DNA of 64,000 nucleotides from Verrucomicrobiaceae bacterium. GTDB lineage: Bacteria; Verrucomicrobiota; Verrucomicrobiia; Verrucomicrobiales; Akkermansiaceae. Below are positions 40,054-49,993 of the stretch, piece by piece; within the stretch, counting starts at the first letter, position 1, and every line of letters begins with the position of its first letter. The stretch spans positions 61,835 to 125,834 of the forward strand of contig JBPOGH010000014.1 of NCBI GenBank assembly GCA_051252135.1. The letters are read 5' to 3'. Under the pieces are notes generated by a model that did no database searches, was not told the DNA's origin, and worked only from the letters and a program-made list of their open reading frames with translations. The position numbers and the translations under genes were made by a program.

Positions 40054-42489
40054 TTATGCGCGACTACGGCGTCGCAGCAGAGCAAGCGCTCCCAAACCAG
40101 CAAGAAGAGAAACCGAAGGCTCGGGAACGGCCATCAATGAGATGTCGTTTCCATCGCCGGCGACGTAGCTCGTCTTCCAATCGAATCCACCATAGTTAGC
40201 CGCAATCGCGCCTTCACTTAATCCGCTGAAGGTTCCCGTCACGGCATCCGCTCCATCATTCACCAGAATGAAGATCTCATCCCCATTGACGTAGCTGCCG
40301 GAGAATACGAGATTCAACGTGCCGCCCGTCACATCCACCGCACCCGTCACATCGATCTGATCGTGAGACCCGGTTCCGGCAATTTCCGCATTGTAAGTTC
40401 CGGCCAAAGTGAAATCTGAAGTCTTGATGACCCCGGGACTATTACCGGGATTGATATTACCACCGGCCTTAACGACCAAATCCGAAAGTGTTCCCGTTCC
40501 ACCAATGGTGGCCCCGGACTCCACATTCACTCCCAAACTGGAGCTGATGTCGCCGTTCACGGTCAGCATGCTGTTGCCGCCCACGTCGTCGCCGCCGACA
40601 GTGATCGTTCCTGAGTAGGTGTGAGTAGAATTACTGAGAATAACTTCTCCGCTGTTTTCGAGGATGGCCAAATCACCTGAGCCTGACACCGAACCCGCGA
40701 GGGTGAGGGTTCTACTCCAGCCTGCCGACAATTTGGCTCCAGTGGAGCCGATCACGACACTGTTATCGAGAGCTGTATTGGTATTGGTGTGATTCATCAA
40801 AGTGGCACCTTCGTCAACAGTGACCGTACCAGTTCCAAGTGCGTTGTCGGCACCCATCCGAACAAGAATGTTTTCCCTGACCGTGACAGCACCGGCAAGG
40901 GTGCCGGTAGTTGTGAGTCTCAATTCCCCATTCGGAGTTCCGTCGTCGTTGTCCCGGTTTTGGCCATTGATTTCCAATGCCCCTGTCCCGGTCAACGCGC
41001 CTAAGATATTTGATGTTCTGCCACCGAGAGCGATCGTTCCGCCTCCGCTGCCAATCTCGATTTCATGGGTGAGGCTGACATTCGCATCTGTAATCAAACG
41101 GCCATCATCAATGGTGACCTTGGTGTTATCAGCACCAAAGGAGCCGTCTGTATAGACTACTGCATTCGCCTTGTTGGTGATGAGGGTGTCACCGGTATAA
41201 GTATAGCTGTTATTCAGCTGGATACGGGAATTACCGGGATAGTTCGTGCTACCATTACCGTCGAGGGTCAACAACCCCGAGCCGGAAATAGCACCCACAT
41301 TATAAAATGCTCTGGCACCGTTGTTCTGAAAGGTCCCCCCGCCGGCACCGAGGACAATACTGGCGTTTTGCATATTGGTATGGCCGCCGGATGCCCGAAT
41401 CAACGCACCGTTATCAAGGGTCACGGCACCGGATCCCAGGGAAGTGCCATCGCCAATCAGAACGGTAACACCGTCGATTGTCATGCCACCCGAATGGGTA
41501 TTTCCTGTATTCGAAAGAGTAAGCGTTCCTCCCGGCGAACCGCCATCGTCATCCCGGATTTGCCCGTCGATGGTCAATGCTCCTGTGCCGGAAATGAGAC
41601 CTGCGATCGTCGGAGTCTTGTTATTGAGACTGATTCTGCCTCCACCACTCGCAATCTCAAACTCGCGGGTACTGACGAAAGTCGTATTGCCTTCCGTCAC
41701 CATTCTGGCGTCATCAATCGTCACTTTACCCGCCACATTACCAAAGTTTTCATCCCCGCCAACTTGCACGTTCGCCTTGTTGGTGATGAGCGTTCCGCCG
41801 GTATAGGTGTTTGTTCCACCCCCGATCTGAATACGGCTATTGCCCGCATAATTCGTGCTCCCCCCACCGTCGAGGGTCAATTGGCCAACACCGGAAATAA
41901 CAGCACTATCCAGACCGTAAAAGGCCCGGGCGTTCGCATTCGAGAAAGTACCACCGCCTGATCCGAGGATGATACTGGTCGTTTCCCTCATATTGACATG
42001 GGAGCCTGCCCCCGTGATGGTCCCACCATTGTCGAGGGTGATCGTGCCAGATCCAAGCCAGCCTTGAGTGGTGTTTGTATTACCCGCAACCGTAGCACCA
42101 TCGATGGTCACATTGCCTGTCGCAACTGTTCCTGCGACAGTGTTAATAGTCAGGGTGACGCCGCCGCTGAGTGTTAGCTCCTGAGCGCCCGTGAAGCCGG
42201 AGGTTCCAACAGTAAGGGTGTTCCCCGTGCCGGTCAGCGTCGTCGCGCTAGCGATATCCAGACCGCCCACGGAACGATCGGCAGATAGATTCACCGAGAG
42301 CCCTGTAAATTGGGCGATATCACTCGTAAGGTCATTTGCCGGAGCAACGCCACCAACCCAATTGCCGTCGGTGGCATAATCCCCGCCCGAAGGACCATTC
42401 CAGGCAATTTGGGCTGAAAGAGATGAGACTAAACTGCTGAGACTGAAGACGGCAAGCAGGTGGGGGGAGACGAAGTATTTAGGGATCAT
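40054..42489 (-). CDS. PEP-CTERM surface protein with autotransporter-associated beta-strand (beta-helix) repeats
   Basis: Signal peptide; 'NTYTGGTLI'/'NTHSGG' repeats; 'PGNSPG'; ends VPEPSVSLLAGLGALALLRRRSRA. Confidence 0.9.
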   Translation of the reverse strand: MIPKYFVSPHLLAVFSLSSLVSSLSAQIAWNGPSGGDYATDGNWVGGVAPANDLTSDIAQFTGLSVNLSADRSVGGLDIASATTLTGTGNTLTVGTSGFTGAQELTLSGGVTLTINTVAGTVATGNVTIDGATVAGNTNTTQGWLGSGTITLDNGGTITGAGSHVNMRETTSIILGSGGGTFSNANARAFYGLDSAVISGVGQLTLDGGGSTNYAGNSRIQIGGGTNTYTGGTLITNKANVQVGGDENFGNVAGKVTIDDARMVTEGNTTFVSTREFEIASGGGRISLNNKTPTIAGLISGTGALTIDGQIRDDDGGSPGGTLTLSNTGNTHSGGMTIDGVTVLIGDGTSLGSGAVTLDNGALIRASGGHTNMQNASIVLGAGGGTFQNNGARAFYNVGAISGSGLLTLDGNGSTNYPGNSRIQLNNSYTYTGDTLITNKANAVVYTDGSFGADNTKVTIDDGRLITDANVSLTHEIEIGSGGGTIALGGRTSNILGALTGTGALEINGQNRDNDDGTPNGELRLTTTGTLAGAVTVRENILVRMGADNALGTGTVTVDEGATLMNHTNTNTALDNSVVIGSTGAKLSAGWSRTLTLAGSVSGSGDLAILENSGEVILSNSTHTYSGTITVGGDDVGGNSMLTVNGDISSSLGVNVESGATIGGTGTLSDLVVKAGGNINPGNSPGVIKTSDFTLAGTYNAEIAGTGSHDQIDVTGAVDVTGGTLNLVFSGSYVNGDEIFILVNDGADAVTGTFSGLSEGAIAANYGGFDWKTSYVAGDGNDISLMAVPEPSVSLLAGLGALALLRRRSRA

Positions 42490-42812
42490 TTGATTCGTGT
42501 TGTGAAAATTCCAAAAAATAGGAACTAAGGGGCAAGAGCGCTAAAACGTACAAATCTGATCGGGCATTCCAAGAAAGAATATCCAAAAATTGCAATTCGT
42601 GCATTCAGAACAGCCGTTTTCAGCACTCTTGAGCCAAACAAAACCCGCTTCCCAACCTCTCCCCGCCCCCGGAATTAACGGACCCTGAAGCCAGCCCTCC
42701 TCCGGAAGAAACTCCTGTTTCTCCTCTCGACAGCGTCGCCTCAATATCGAATCTAACGAACCCTTGCAACAAGCACCCGGCAGAACCACCCCTGATCAAG
42801 TCCACCACTGAC

Positions 42813-45536
42813 ATGAGCGCACCTCCTAAAAAGAAAGTCCTCCTCATCGGTTGGGATTCCGCCGACTGGAAAATCATCAACGCCCTCCTCGAAGAAGGCG
42901 GCATGGATGGCATCCGCTCCCTCATGGAGGGCGGTAATCATGCCAATCTCGCCACCCTTGAGCCCCAGCTCTCCCCCATGCTCTGGACCTCCATTGCAAC
43001 CGGAAAAATGGCCTACCACCATGGCGTCGAGGGCTTTACCGAGGTCGACCCCGTCTCCGGCCGGATCGTCCCCGTCTCCGCCGCCACCCGAAAATGCAAA
43101 ACCATCTGGGAAATGCTCGGCGAGCACGGCAAGCGCAGCCACCTCGTCTCCTGGTTCGCCACCCAGGGCGAACAGAACCTCGACGGCAAAATGGTCTCCA
43201 ACATGTTCGGCCACCTCAAGGGCACCACCCATGACATGGACCCAACCGACTTCCCCCCTCCCATGCCCGGCACCTACTGGCCCGAGGACCTCGCGGAAAC
43301 GATGAACGAACTACGCGTCTCGCCTCACGAGATCGACGAAGACATCCTCCAACCCTTCCTCCCAAAAGGTCATAAAATCGACCAATCCCGCGACAAACGA
43401 ATCAACAACCTCCGCGAGCACCTCGCCGAGGCCTACTCCGTCCACTCCGCCGCCACCCACCTCATGGAGACCGACCCCGGGTGGGACTTCATGGCCGTCT
43501 ACTACCGCGCTCTCGATGAAATCTCCCACCACTTCATGCACTACCATCCTCCCCGGATGGCAGGCATCCCGGATGACGATTTCGAAATCTACCAACACGT
43601 CATCAATGCCACCTACCGGGCCCATGATATGATGCTCCAGCGGCTCCTCCAACTCGCCGGACCGGACACCACCGTCATCCTCGTCTCGGATCACGGCTTC
43701 CACTCCGACCACCTCCGCCCCAAGTTCACCCCCCGTGTCCCCGCCGGCATCACCGTCTGGCACCGGAACCAAGGCGTCCTCCTTGCCAAGGGCCCCGGCA
43801 TCATAGCCAGCGGACGAGCCTCCGACGAAGTGCAAGCCCGGAGCCAGATCTACGGCGCACGCCTCCTCGACATCGCCCCCACCATTCTCCACGCCTTCGG
43901 CCTCCCCGTCGGCGACGACATGGAAGGCCGCGTCCTCACCGAGCTCTTCGAGAAACAGGACCCCGTCCAAACCATCCCCACCTGGGAAGACCCCGACGGC
44001 CAAAAACAATCACGCGGCTCTCTAACAGAAGTAGAAAGCCAGGCCCTCCTCGAACAATTCGTCGCCCTCGGCTACATCGATGAAGTCTCAGACGACCCCA
44101 CCGAAGCCGCCGATGAAACCAACCGCGAGAACAAATGGAACCTCGCCCGCGCCTACCTCTACACCGGCAAAAACGACGGAGCCCTCCCCCTCCTCGAAGA
44201 CTGTTTCAACGCCTACCCCGAGCGCACCGACTACGCCCAGACCCTCGCCAGGACCCAACTCGCCCTCGGCCTCTCCCACGAAGCAGAAGAAACCCTCGCG
44301 ATCTGTCTTGAAACCTTCGGCCAATCCGTCTCCGCCCATGTTCTACAAGGACAGATTGAGATTGAAAAAGGGAACCACAAAAAAGCTCTCGAACACCTCG
44401 ATACCATCCGCGCCCAGGCCGGCGACGAAGTCCCCGTCCTCGAACTCTCCTGCCTCGCCTACCTCACCCTGGGCCAGTGGCAGGACGCCCGTGCCACCGC
44501 CGAAAAACTCCTCTCCATCGATCCCACCAGCATCCAGGCCCACGACACCCTCACCTCCTGCCACCTCAATGCCCAGGACCCCGTCTCAGCCGTCGATTCC
44601 GCTCTCGCCGCCATCAGTCTCCAGTTCGCCAGCCCCCACGCTCATCTCCTCCTCGGTCAGGCTCTCATCCAGCTCGAGCAGTGGCCTGAAGCCGAGCACG
44701 CCTTAAAAAACTCCCTCCGGCTCGCCCCCGAAAACCCCCGGACCCTCGCCAACCTCAAGCACGTCTACCAGGCCACCAAACAACAGGAAAAAGCCGACGC
44801 CCTCGATGCCGACCTCGTCCGCCAACAAGTCATCAACACCACCGCCCGCGATGAGCGGCTTGAGTCCCTCCGCTATGGCATCGCCGCCCGCGCCAAAACC
44901 CGCCACGCCGAGCGACAGAATAAACGCGATGCCGCCGCTAAAAAAGCAGCCCAAGAAGCCGCCATCCAACCCTGCACCTTCACCATCGTCTCCGGCCTCC
45001 CCCGCTCCGGCACCTCCCTCATGATGCAGATGCTCCGCGCCGCCGGCATGGAAATCATGCACGATGGCAGGCGCACCGCCGATGAGGACAACCCCGAAGG
45101 CTACTGGGAATGGGAAGACATCAAATCCCTCAAAAAGAATCCCCGCCTCATCGAGAAAGCCGATCGCAAAGTCATCAAAGTCATCTCCGCCCTCCTTCCC
45201 CAACTTCCGCCCCGCCACCAATACCGCATCATCTTCATGAAGCGCCCCGTCGGGGAAGTCGTCGCCTCCCAGTGGAAAATGCTCGAGCGCAGCGGCCAAA
45301 ATCCCCGCTCGGAAAAACAACACCTCATCCAAACCCAAAAAACCCACGTCGAACACACCCTCGCCCACCTCCGCCAACGCCCGGACGTCCAACTCATCGA
45401 GATCGATTACCCCACCATGGTCTCCGATCCCAATGCCCAGCTCGATTCCTTGCGAGACTTTCTCGGTGATAGCGTGCCGGACCCCGATCACCTCGCCACC
45501 GCCATCCGGCCCGAGCTGCATCGGAATCAATCGTGA
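42813..45536 (+). CDS. Alkaline-phosphatase-superfamily (phosphodiesterase-like) domain + TPR repeats + sulfotransferase domain fusion
   Basis: 'LIGWDSADW', 'LSPMLWTSIATG', 'VSDHGF', 'LDIAPT', 'ALGYID'; helical TPR-like middle; PAPS-binding 'VSGLPRSGTSLMMQML' and 'MKRPVGEVVASQ'; no signal peptide. Confidence 0.88.
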   Translation: MSAPPKKKVLLIGWDSADWKIINALLEEGGMDGIRSLMEGGNHANLATLEPQLSPMLWTSIATGKMAYHHGVEGFTEVDPVSGRIVPVSAATRKCKTIWEMLGEHGKRSHLVSWFATQGEQNLDGKMVSNMFGHLKGTTHDMDPTDFPPPMPGTYWPEDLAETMNELRVSPHEIDEDILQPFLPKGHKIDQSRDKRINNLREHLAEAYSVHSAATHLMETDPGWDFMAVYYRALDEISHHFMHYHPPRMAGIPDDDFEIYQHVINATYRAHDMMLQRLLQLAGPDTTVILVSDHGFHSDHLRPKFTPRVPAGITVWHRNQGVLLAKGPGIIASGRASDEVQARSQIYGARLLDIAPTILHAFGLPVGDDMEGRVLTELFEKQDPVQTIPTWEDPDGQKQSRGSLTEVESQALLEQFVALGYIDEVSDDPTEAADETNRENKWNLARAYLYTGKNDGALPLLEDCFNAYPERTDYAQTLARTQLALGLSHEAEETLAICLETFGQSVSAHVLQGQIEIEKGNHKKALEHLDTIRAQAGDEVPVLELSCLAYLTLGQWQDARATAEKLLSIDPTSIQAHDTLTSCHLNAQDPVSAVDSALAAISLQFASPHAHLLLGQALIQLEQWPEAEHALKNSLRLAPENPRTLANLKHVYQATKQQEKADALDADLVRQQVINTTARDERLESLRYGIAARAKTRHAERQNKRDAAAKKAAQEAAIQPCTFTIVSGLPRSGTSLMMQMLRAAGMEIMHDGRRTADEDNPEGYWEWEDIKSLKKNPRLIEKADRKVIKVISALLPQLPPRHQYRIIFMKRPVGEVVASQWKMLERSGQNPRSEKQHLIQTQKTHVEHTLAHLRQRPDVQLIEIDYPTMVSDPNAQLDSLRDFLGDSVPDPDHLATAIRPELHRNQS

Positions 45537-45662
45537 ATGGGAAATTTCGAAGCCACAAAACGCTCAAATACTCCAACATCTCAAAATCAACCATCATCCA
45601 AAGAATACCCTTCTCACCTCAAAATATTTTTCGTAACAATACAGAAGATCGAAAAATAGAGC

Positions 45663-46241
45663 ATGAAAGGAACACAGAACAAACTCGGAACCTACCTGAC
45701 CCTCGCCGCCGGAGCAGGTGTCGCCGTCCCATCGGCAAATGCCGCAACAACCGTAACCTTTTACGGCAAGAACAGCGCGAATGACACCAATGCGAATCCC
45801 GTAGGAATCGGACTTTTCAGCGGACCGTCCAACGATGGTTTCGGTGCTTTCTTTAGTACGGCATCCTATTTCACCCGTTTCAATTCCGATGCAGCCCTGG
45901 GAGGTAACGATGGTAAGGCCGGTTACGCAATTGGTTTTGGAGCCGTGGCTGGGGAAATGAACTTCGTCGGAATCAGCTTCAACGGCAACGACGGGCAGTA
46001 TGAAGCGGTTGGTCAGTTCTTCGTCGATGCGACGAATTTCAACAACAGTTACCTCATCGCCATCGCCACCTCGAATCCGGTCCCGAACCCTCAGAATCTC
46101 AGTGCGGTCGGTGGCAGCACCCTCGGAGTGGCTAACGGCCAGTCAGCCATCGAGGCTGTCCCCGAGCCCTCCGGCCTAGCCCTCCTCGCCCTCGGCTCCG
46201 TCGGCCTCGCCGCCCGCCGCCAACGGCGCAAGTCTGCCTAA
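45663..46241 (+). CDS. Small PEP-CTERM protein
   Basis: Leader MKGTQNKLGTYLTLAAGAGVAVPSANA; ends VPEPSGLALLALGSVGLAARRQRRKSA. Confidence 0.92.
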   Translation: MKGTQNKLGTYLTLAAGAGVAVPSANAATTVTFYGKNSANDTNANPVGIGLFSGPSNDGFGAFFSTASYFTRFNSDAALGGNDGKAGYAIGFGAVAGEMNFVGISFNGNDGQYEAVGQFFVDATNFNNSYLIAIATSNPVPNPQNLSAVGGSTLGVANGQSAIEAVPEPSGLALLALGSVGLAARRQRRKSA

Positions 46242-46265
46242 ACCAACCACAAAGGTCTCAACTTC

Positions 46266-46303
46266 AAGCGGCTCCACTCACCAGTGCGAGCCGCTTACTT
46301 TTG
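46266..46303 (+). terminator. Terminator-like hairpin
   Basis: aagcggctc...gagccgctt followed by actttt. Confidence 0.65.
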
Positions 46304-46904
46304 CCACCTTCATCCGGGGTTCCTCTTTCCCGGAAGACACCACCTTTTTTGTCGCCATCAGCGAAACCCCGGTCGAACGCCTCCGCGGCGTCTTCCCACT
46401 CATCCCCTTGGGCGATCCGAACAAAGATGACAACCCCTTCGAGTTCGCGCTCCATCTCAGCCCCTCAATTTCCGATGCCGAACCACTCGTAACCGGGCCA
46501 TCTTCCAACTGGTCGCCCCACACCATCTAATGCCCCTGCACATCTTCCAAAACTACTGGGACACTTCCGGGGCCGAACACTTTGAAGAAAATTACTCCTG
46601 CGTCGTCCTTGATCGGGGCAAGATCATTGCCACCCTTCTCCACACCAAACCCGCGCACGACGAACTCCACATCCACGTCGATGCCATCCACCCGGACAAC
46701 AAACACCTCTCCGGCTATGCCACCACTGCGATGAGAAACTGGGTCGTCTCCAACTGCACGCCCGACTTCCCGCGCATCTTCACCTCCCGCGCCGACCATC
46801 AACGGCACTTTGAAGGAGGAAACGCACCCCTTCGCTACCAGAGAGGAACCGAAAATCCTCCGCGCCATTTCCTCCAAAAACTCCTCGCTCCCAAATCCCC
46901 CTGA
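46288..46904 (+). pseudogene. Probable decayed gene, C-terminal part GNAT-like
   Basis: Start-less open frame (..TFFVAISETPVERLRGVFP..) ends at TAA overlapping the ATG of ORF 46530..46904 ('SCVVLDRGKIIATLL..LHIHVDAIHP'); fold call is by pattern only. Confidence 0.4.
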
Positions 46905-46989
46905 ACAACCCACACCCTTCATTTCAGAAAAAGCCTTCGCCCTCCTTCCGATCTCCCCCTAAATTCCTAATTTTGAATTCCTCCCCCTC

Positions 46990-47943
46990 ATGAGTGCACC
47001 CGAACAGAAAGAACAACGACCCAAACCCTTGAATTGGAGGCAACAACTCATGCTCCGGAAAGGAGTCTCTCCCACCGTAAAACCACAGCCTGAAGAGTGG
47101 GAAAAACGGCAGGGCCGAAAAAGAAGATCGAAGGCTCGCCGGAAATACTCCCAGAAAGGAATCGTCACCGCTTTCATCATCTTCCTGACCACCCTCACCA
47201 TCGGTTTCTGTTGGTATTTCACCAGGGCACAATCTCTCACCGCGAACTTGCCCACGTCATCACCTGCAGGTTCCCAAGCCGCCTCCGACCCCAACTCCCA
47301 CCAAAAACTCACTGTTCCCGAATCCACCCTCTACAACCTCCCACCTCTCACCGTCGCCAAAAACTTCGCCCTCACCTCCGACATCGAAGAACGCCTCAAG
47401 TGGGTTCGCAATCCCGAAGTCATTCGTAAACACCTCTCTCAATATTCCCTCGATGCCCGCGAAACCGTCGCCCATCGCCTCACTCCCCAAGGCGACATCA
47501 CCACTGGAGACCTTCATTATACCACCTTCCTGGCCGAACTCCCCGACGGCGACCAACGATTCCTCTGTGTCATCGGCACACCCGATGGTCCTCGCGTCGA
47601 TTGGGACGCCTACGCCCGATACGGCACCGCTTCCTGGGATGACATCCTCGCCGGAAAGGTCACCCAAGCCACCGTTCGCATCTTCCCCCAATTCAGCACC
47701 CACTACCTTCGCAACTTCCGGGACCGCAAAAAATGGCTCGCCCTCGCCCTCGCCAGCCCCGACCTCGAAACCCCCATCTACGGCTATCTCGATAAAACTT
47801 CCGCCCTCTTTACGGAAGTTCAGCCCATGCTCAACTCAGGAGCCCTCCGCGCCACCATCGATCTCAAAATTTCCCCGGAGGATATCCAACACCGTCAGGT
47901 CGAAATCACCGGCTTCCACACCCTCGGATGGGTCAAACCTTAG
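46990..47943 (+). CDS. Hypothetical single-pass membrane protein
   Basis: Basic N-terminus, one TM helix (IVTAFIIFLTTLTIGFCWYF), 'PRVDWDAYARY'. Confidence 0.75.
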   Translation: MSAPEQKEQRPKPLNWRQQLMLRKGVSPTVKPQPEEWEKRQGRKRRSKARRKYSQKGIVTAFIIFLTTLTIGFCWYFTRAQSLTANLPTSSPAGSQAASDPNSHQKLTVPESTLYNLPPLTVAKNFALTSDIEERLKWVRNPEVIRKHLSQYSLDARETVAHRLTPQGDITTGDLHYTTFLAELPDGDQRFLCVIGTPDGPRVDWDAYARYGTASWDDILAGKVTQATVRIFPQFSTHYLRNFRDRKKWLALALASPDLETPIYGYLDKTSALFTEVQPMLNSGALRATIDLKISPEDIQHRQVEITGFHTLGWVKP

Positions 47944-48438
47944 GACCGCATCCAGCCGATTGGAAATGAACAGCTCCCTCCCGGAAAGGCTCTCGCCTCC
48001 GTCCGCCCGACACCCCGTCACCCAAATCAACAGGGAGGTAGGGCAGCTCCAATGACCTTGCCCCACCCCATAGGCAGCTTCGCCTTAATAGGAAAAATTA
48101 CCTTTTTCCCCTGGCGATTCTTTCTTCCGCATCGCTCGCGCACGGGGCCATCGTCAATGTCGCAGAAGAATTAACCGCCTCCTCCTTTCTGGCAACAGAC
48201 AGCACCGCCATCGCCCTCTCTTATAGACACAATTCAATGAGGGGGGGGCGCAATCCACAATTTGACCCGAAGCTCGGACTGACCCGTCTGAAGAGCATCG
48301 GAGTGTGCAATCCGATTCACCTCGGGCACCTGCGACAGGCCGACCAAAACCCAACTCCCACGCGCCTGAAAGCAGGATCGACGGGATCCCGTAAACGCGG
48401 GATAGAATGCATTCCTGAAATATGTATTCTCCTCTTCA

Positions 48439-49800
48439 ATGAAGCTCCTCCTCATCTTCACCCTTCTCATCTCTTTCGTCTCTGCGAAGCAGCCCAACAT
48501 CCTCTTCATCTTCTCAGACGACTGGGGCTGGGGCGATCTCTCCTGCCATGGCCACCCCTACGTTAAGACCCCCAACATCGACCGCCTCGCCAAAGAAGGC
48601 ACTGACTTCCACCGCTTCACCGTCGCCAGCGGCGTCTGTTCCCCCAGCCGCACCGCCGTCATGACCGGCCACTTTCCCGCCCGCTACAATATCGACGGCC
48701 ACTTCGCCTGGGTCCCCAGCAACGCCAAGCGCGGCATGCCCGATTGGCTCGACCCCCGCGTCACCACCATCCCCCGCCTCCTTAAAAAAGCCGGCTACGC
48801 CACCGCCCACTACGGCAAGTGGCACCTCGCCAATGACATGATCCCCGACTCGCCCACCCCCGCTGAATACGGCTATGACGAATACGGCGCCTTCAACTGC
48901 TCCGGCGAACAAATGCCCGTCCATGAGGACGCCCTCCACGCCAACGCCTTCATCGAAAAATCAGTCGCCGCCGACCAACCCTTCTTCATCAACCTCTGGG
49001 TCCACGAACCCCACACCCCCTTCCACACCGTCCCAAAATACGAATGGCGCTTCCGTGACATGGATAGCCGCCCCGACCAAATCTACGCCTCCGTCCTCTC
49101 CCATGCCGACGACCGAATCGGCCAAGTCCTCGATACCCTCGACCGCCTAAAAATCGCCGACAACACCCTCGTCATCTTCAGCTCCGACAACGGCCCCGCC
49201 CGCGCTTCCAAAGCAGGCGAACTCAAACTCCAATACGACACCGCCACAGGCGCCGGCTGGGGCATCAACGCCGCCAAAGGCATCACCGCCGGCCGCCGGG
49301 GCTACAAGGCCTCCCTCTTCGAAGGCGGCATCAACGTCCCCTTCATCGCACGCTGGCCCGGAAAAATCCCCGCCGGAAAAATCGACAACCATTCCCTCCT
49401 CTCCGCCGTCGACCTCCTCCCCACCTTCTGCGCCCTCGCCGGTGCCGAGCTCCCCGCCGACTACCAACCTGACGGCCTCAACCAAGCCCAGGTCCTCCAG
49501 GGCAAACAAGAAGCCAAGCTCCGCGAAAAACCCCTCTTCTGGAAGTCCGGCTCTAACAAAAAAAGCAAAACCCACTGGGTCGCCTACGCCGTCCTCCACC
49601 ACCAATGGAAACTCGTCACCAACACCGACGGCTCCCAAAAAGAACTCTTCAACATCATCGCCGACCCCTACGAAGAAACCAATCTCGCCGAAGCGAATCA
49701 GGAAACCGTCACCCGCCTCTCCCAACTCCTCGAAGACTGGAAAAAGACCCTCCCCGAAAAACCCACCGGCAACGTCTTCTCCAACCTCCGCCAACAGTAA
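48439..49800 (+). CDS. S1 sulfatase (GalNAc-6-sulfatase-like)
   Basis: 'FSDDWGWGDL', CSPSR, 'YGKWHL', 'SSDNGP', 'LFEGGINVP'. Confidence 0.93.
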   Translation: MKLLLIFTLLISFVSAKQPNILFIFSDDWGWGDLSCHGHPYVKTPNIDRLAKEGTDFHRFTVASGVCSPSRTAVMTGHFPARYNIDGHFAWVPSNAKRGMPDWLDPRVTTIPRLLKKAGYATAHYGKWHLANDMIPDSPTPAEYGYDEYGAFNCSGEQMPVHEDALHANAFIEKSVAADQPFFINLWVHEPHTPFHTVPKYEWRFRDMDSRPDQIYASVLSHADDRIGQVLDTLDRLKIADNTLVIFSSDNGPARASKAGELKLQYDTATGAGWGINAAKGITAGRRGYKASLFEGGINVPFIARWPGKIPAGKIDNHSLLSAVDLLPTFCALAGAELPADYQPDGLNQAQVLQGKQEAKLREKPLFWKSGSNKKSKTHWVAYAVLHHQWKLVTNTDGSQKELFNIIADPYEETNLAEANQETVTRLSQLLEDWKKTLPEKPTGNVFSNLRQQ

Positions 49801-49822
49801 CCCCCTCTCTTCCTCTCCTCCC

Positions 49823-49853
49823 AAAGCACCTCCATCAACCGGGGTGCTTTTTT
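49823..49853 (+). terminator. Rho-independent terminator
   Basis: aaagcacctc...ggggtgcttt followed by a T-tract. Confidence 0.75.
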
Positions 49854-49891
49854 CGTCCCCCAATCTCCCCCCTCCCTCGTTCCCCAAACAG

Positions 49892-49908
49892 CTTAACCAT
49901 CTCTTAAC
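49892..49908 (+). promoter_or_regulatory. CTTAAC-N5-CTTAAC direct repeat, OmpR/PhoB-family-like box
   Basis: 11-bp-period direct repeat about 90 bp upstream of the YHYH gene. Confidence 0.4.
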
Positions 49909-49993
49909 ATTCCCCTTCACAACTCCCGCGCCTCCCAAGGGTTTCTCCTGTAGAAATTCTCCCCGCCGTCTATAACGCACCACTCCTCACGGC

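Noticed and set aside
42813..44060. AlkP domain as a tenth sulfatase
   Set aside because: Lacks the C/S-x-P-x-R formylglycine motif; resembles the phosphodiesterase-type AlkP branch
48381..48430. Short perfect palindromes acgggatcccgt and gaatgcattc upstream of a sulfatase
   Set aside because: Not repeated before the other sulfatases; not enough to call an operator
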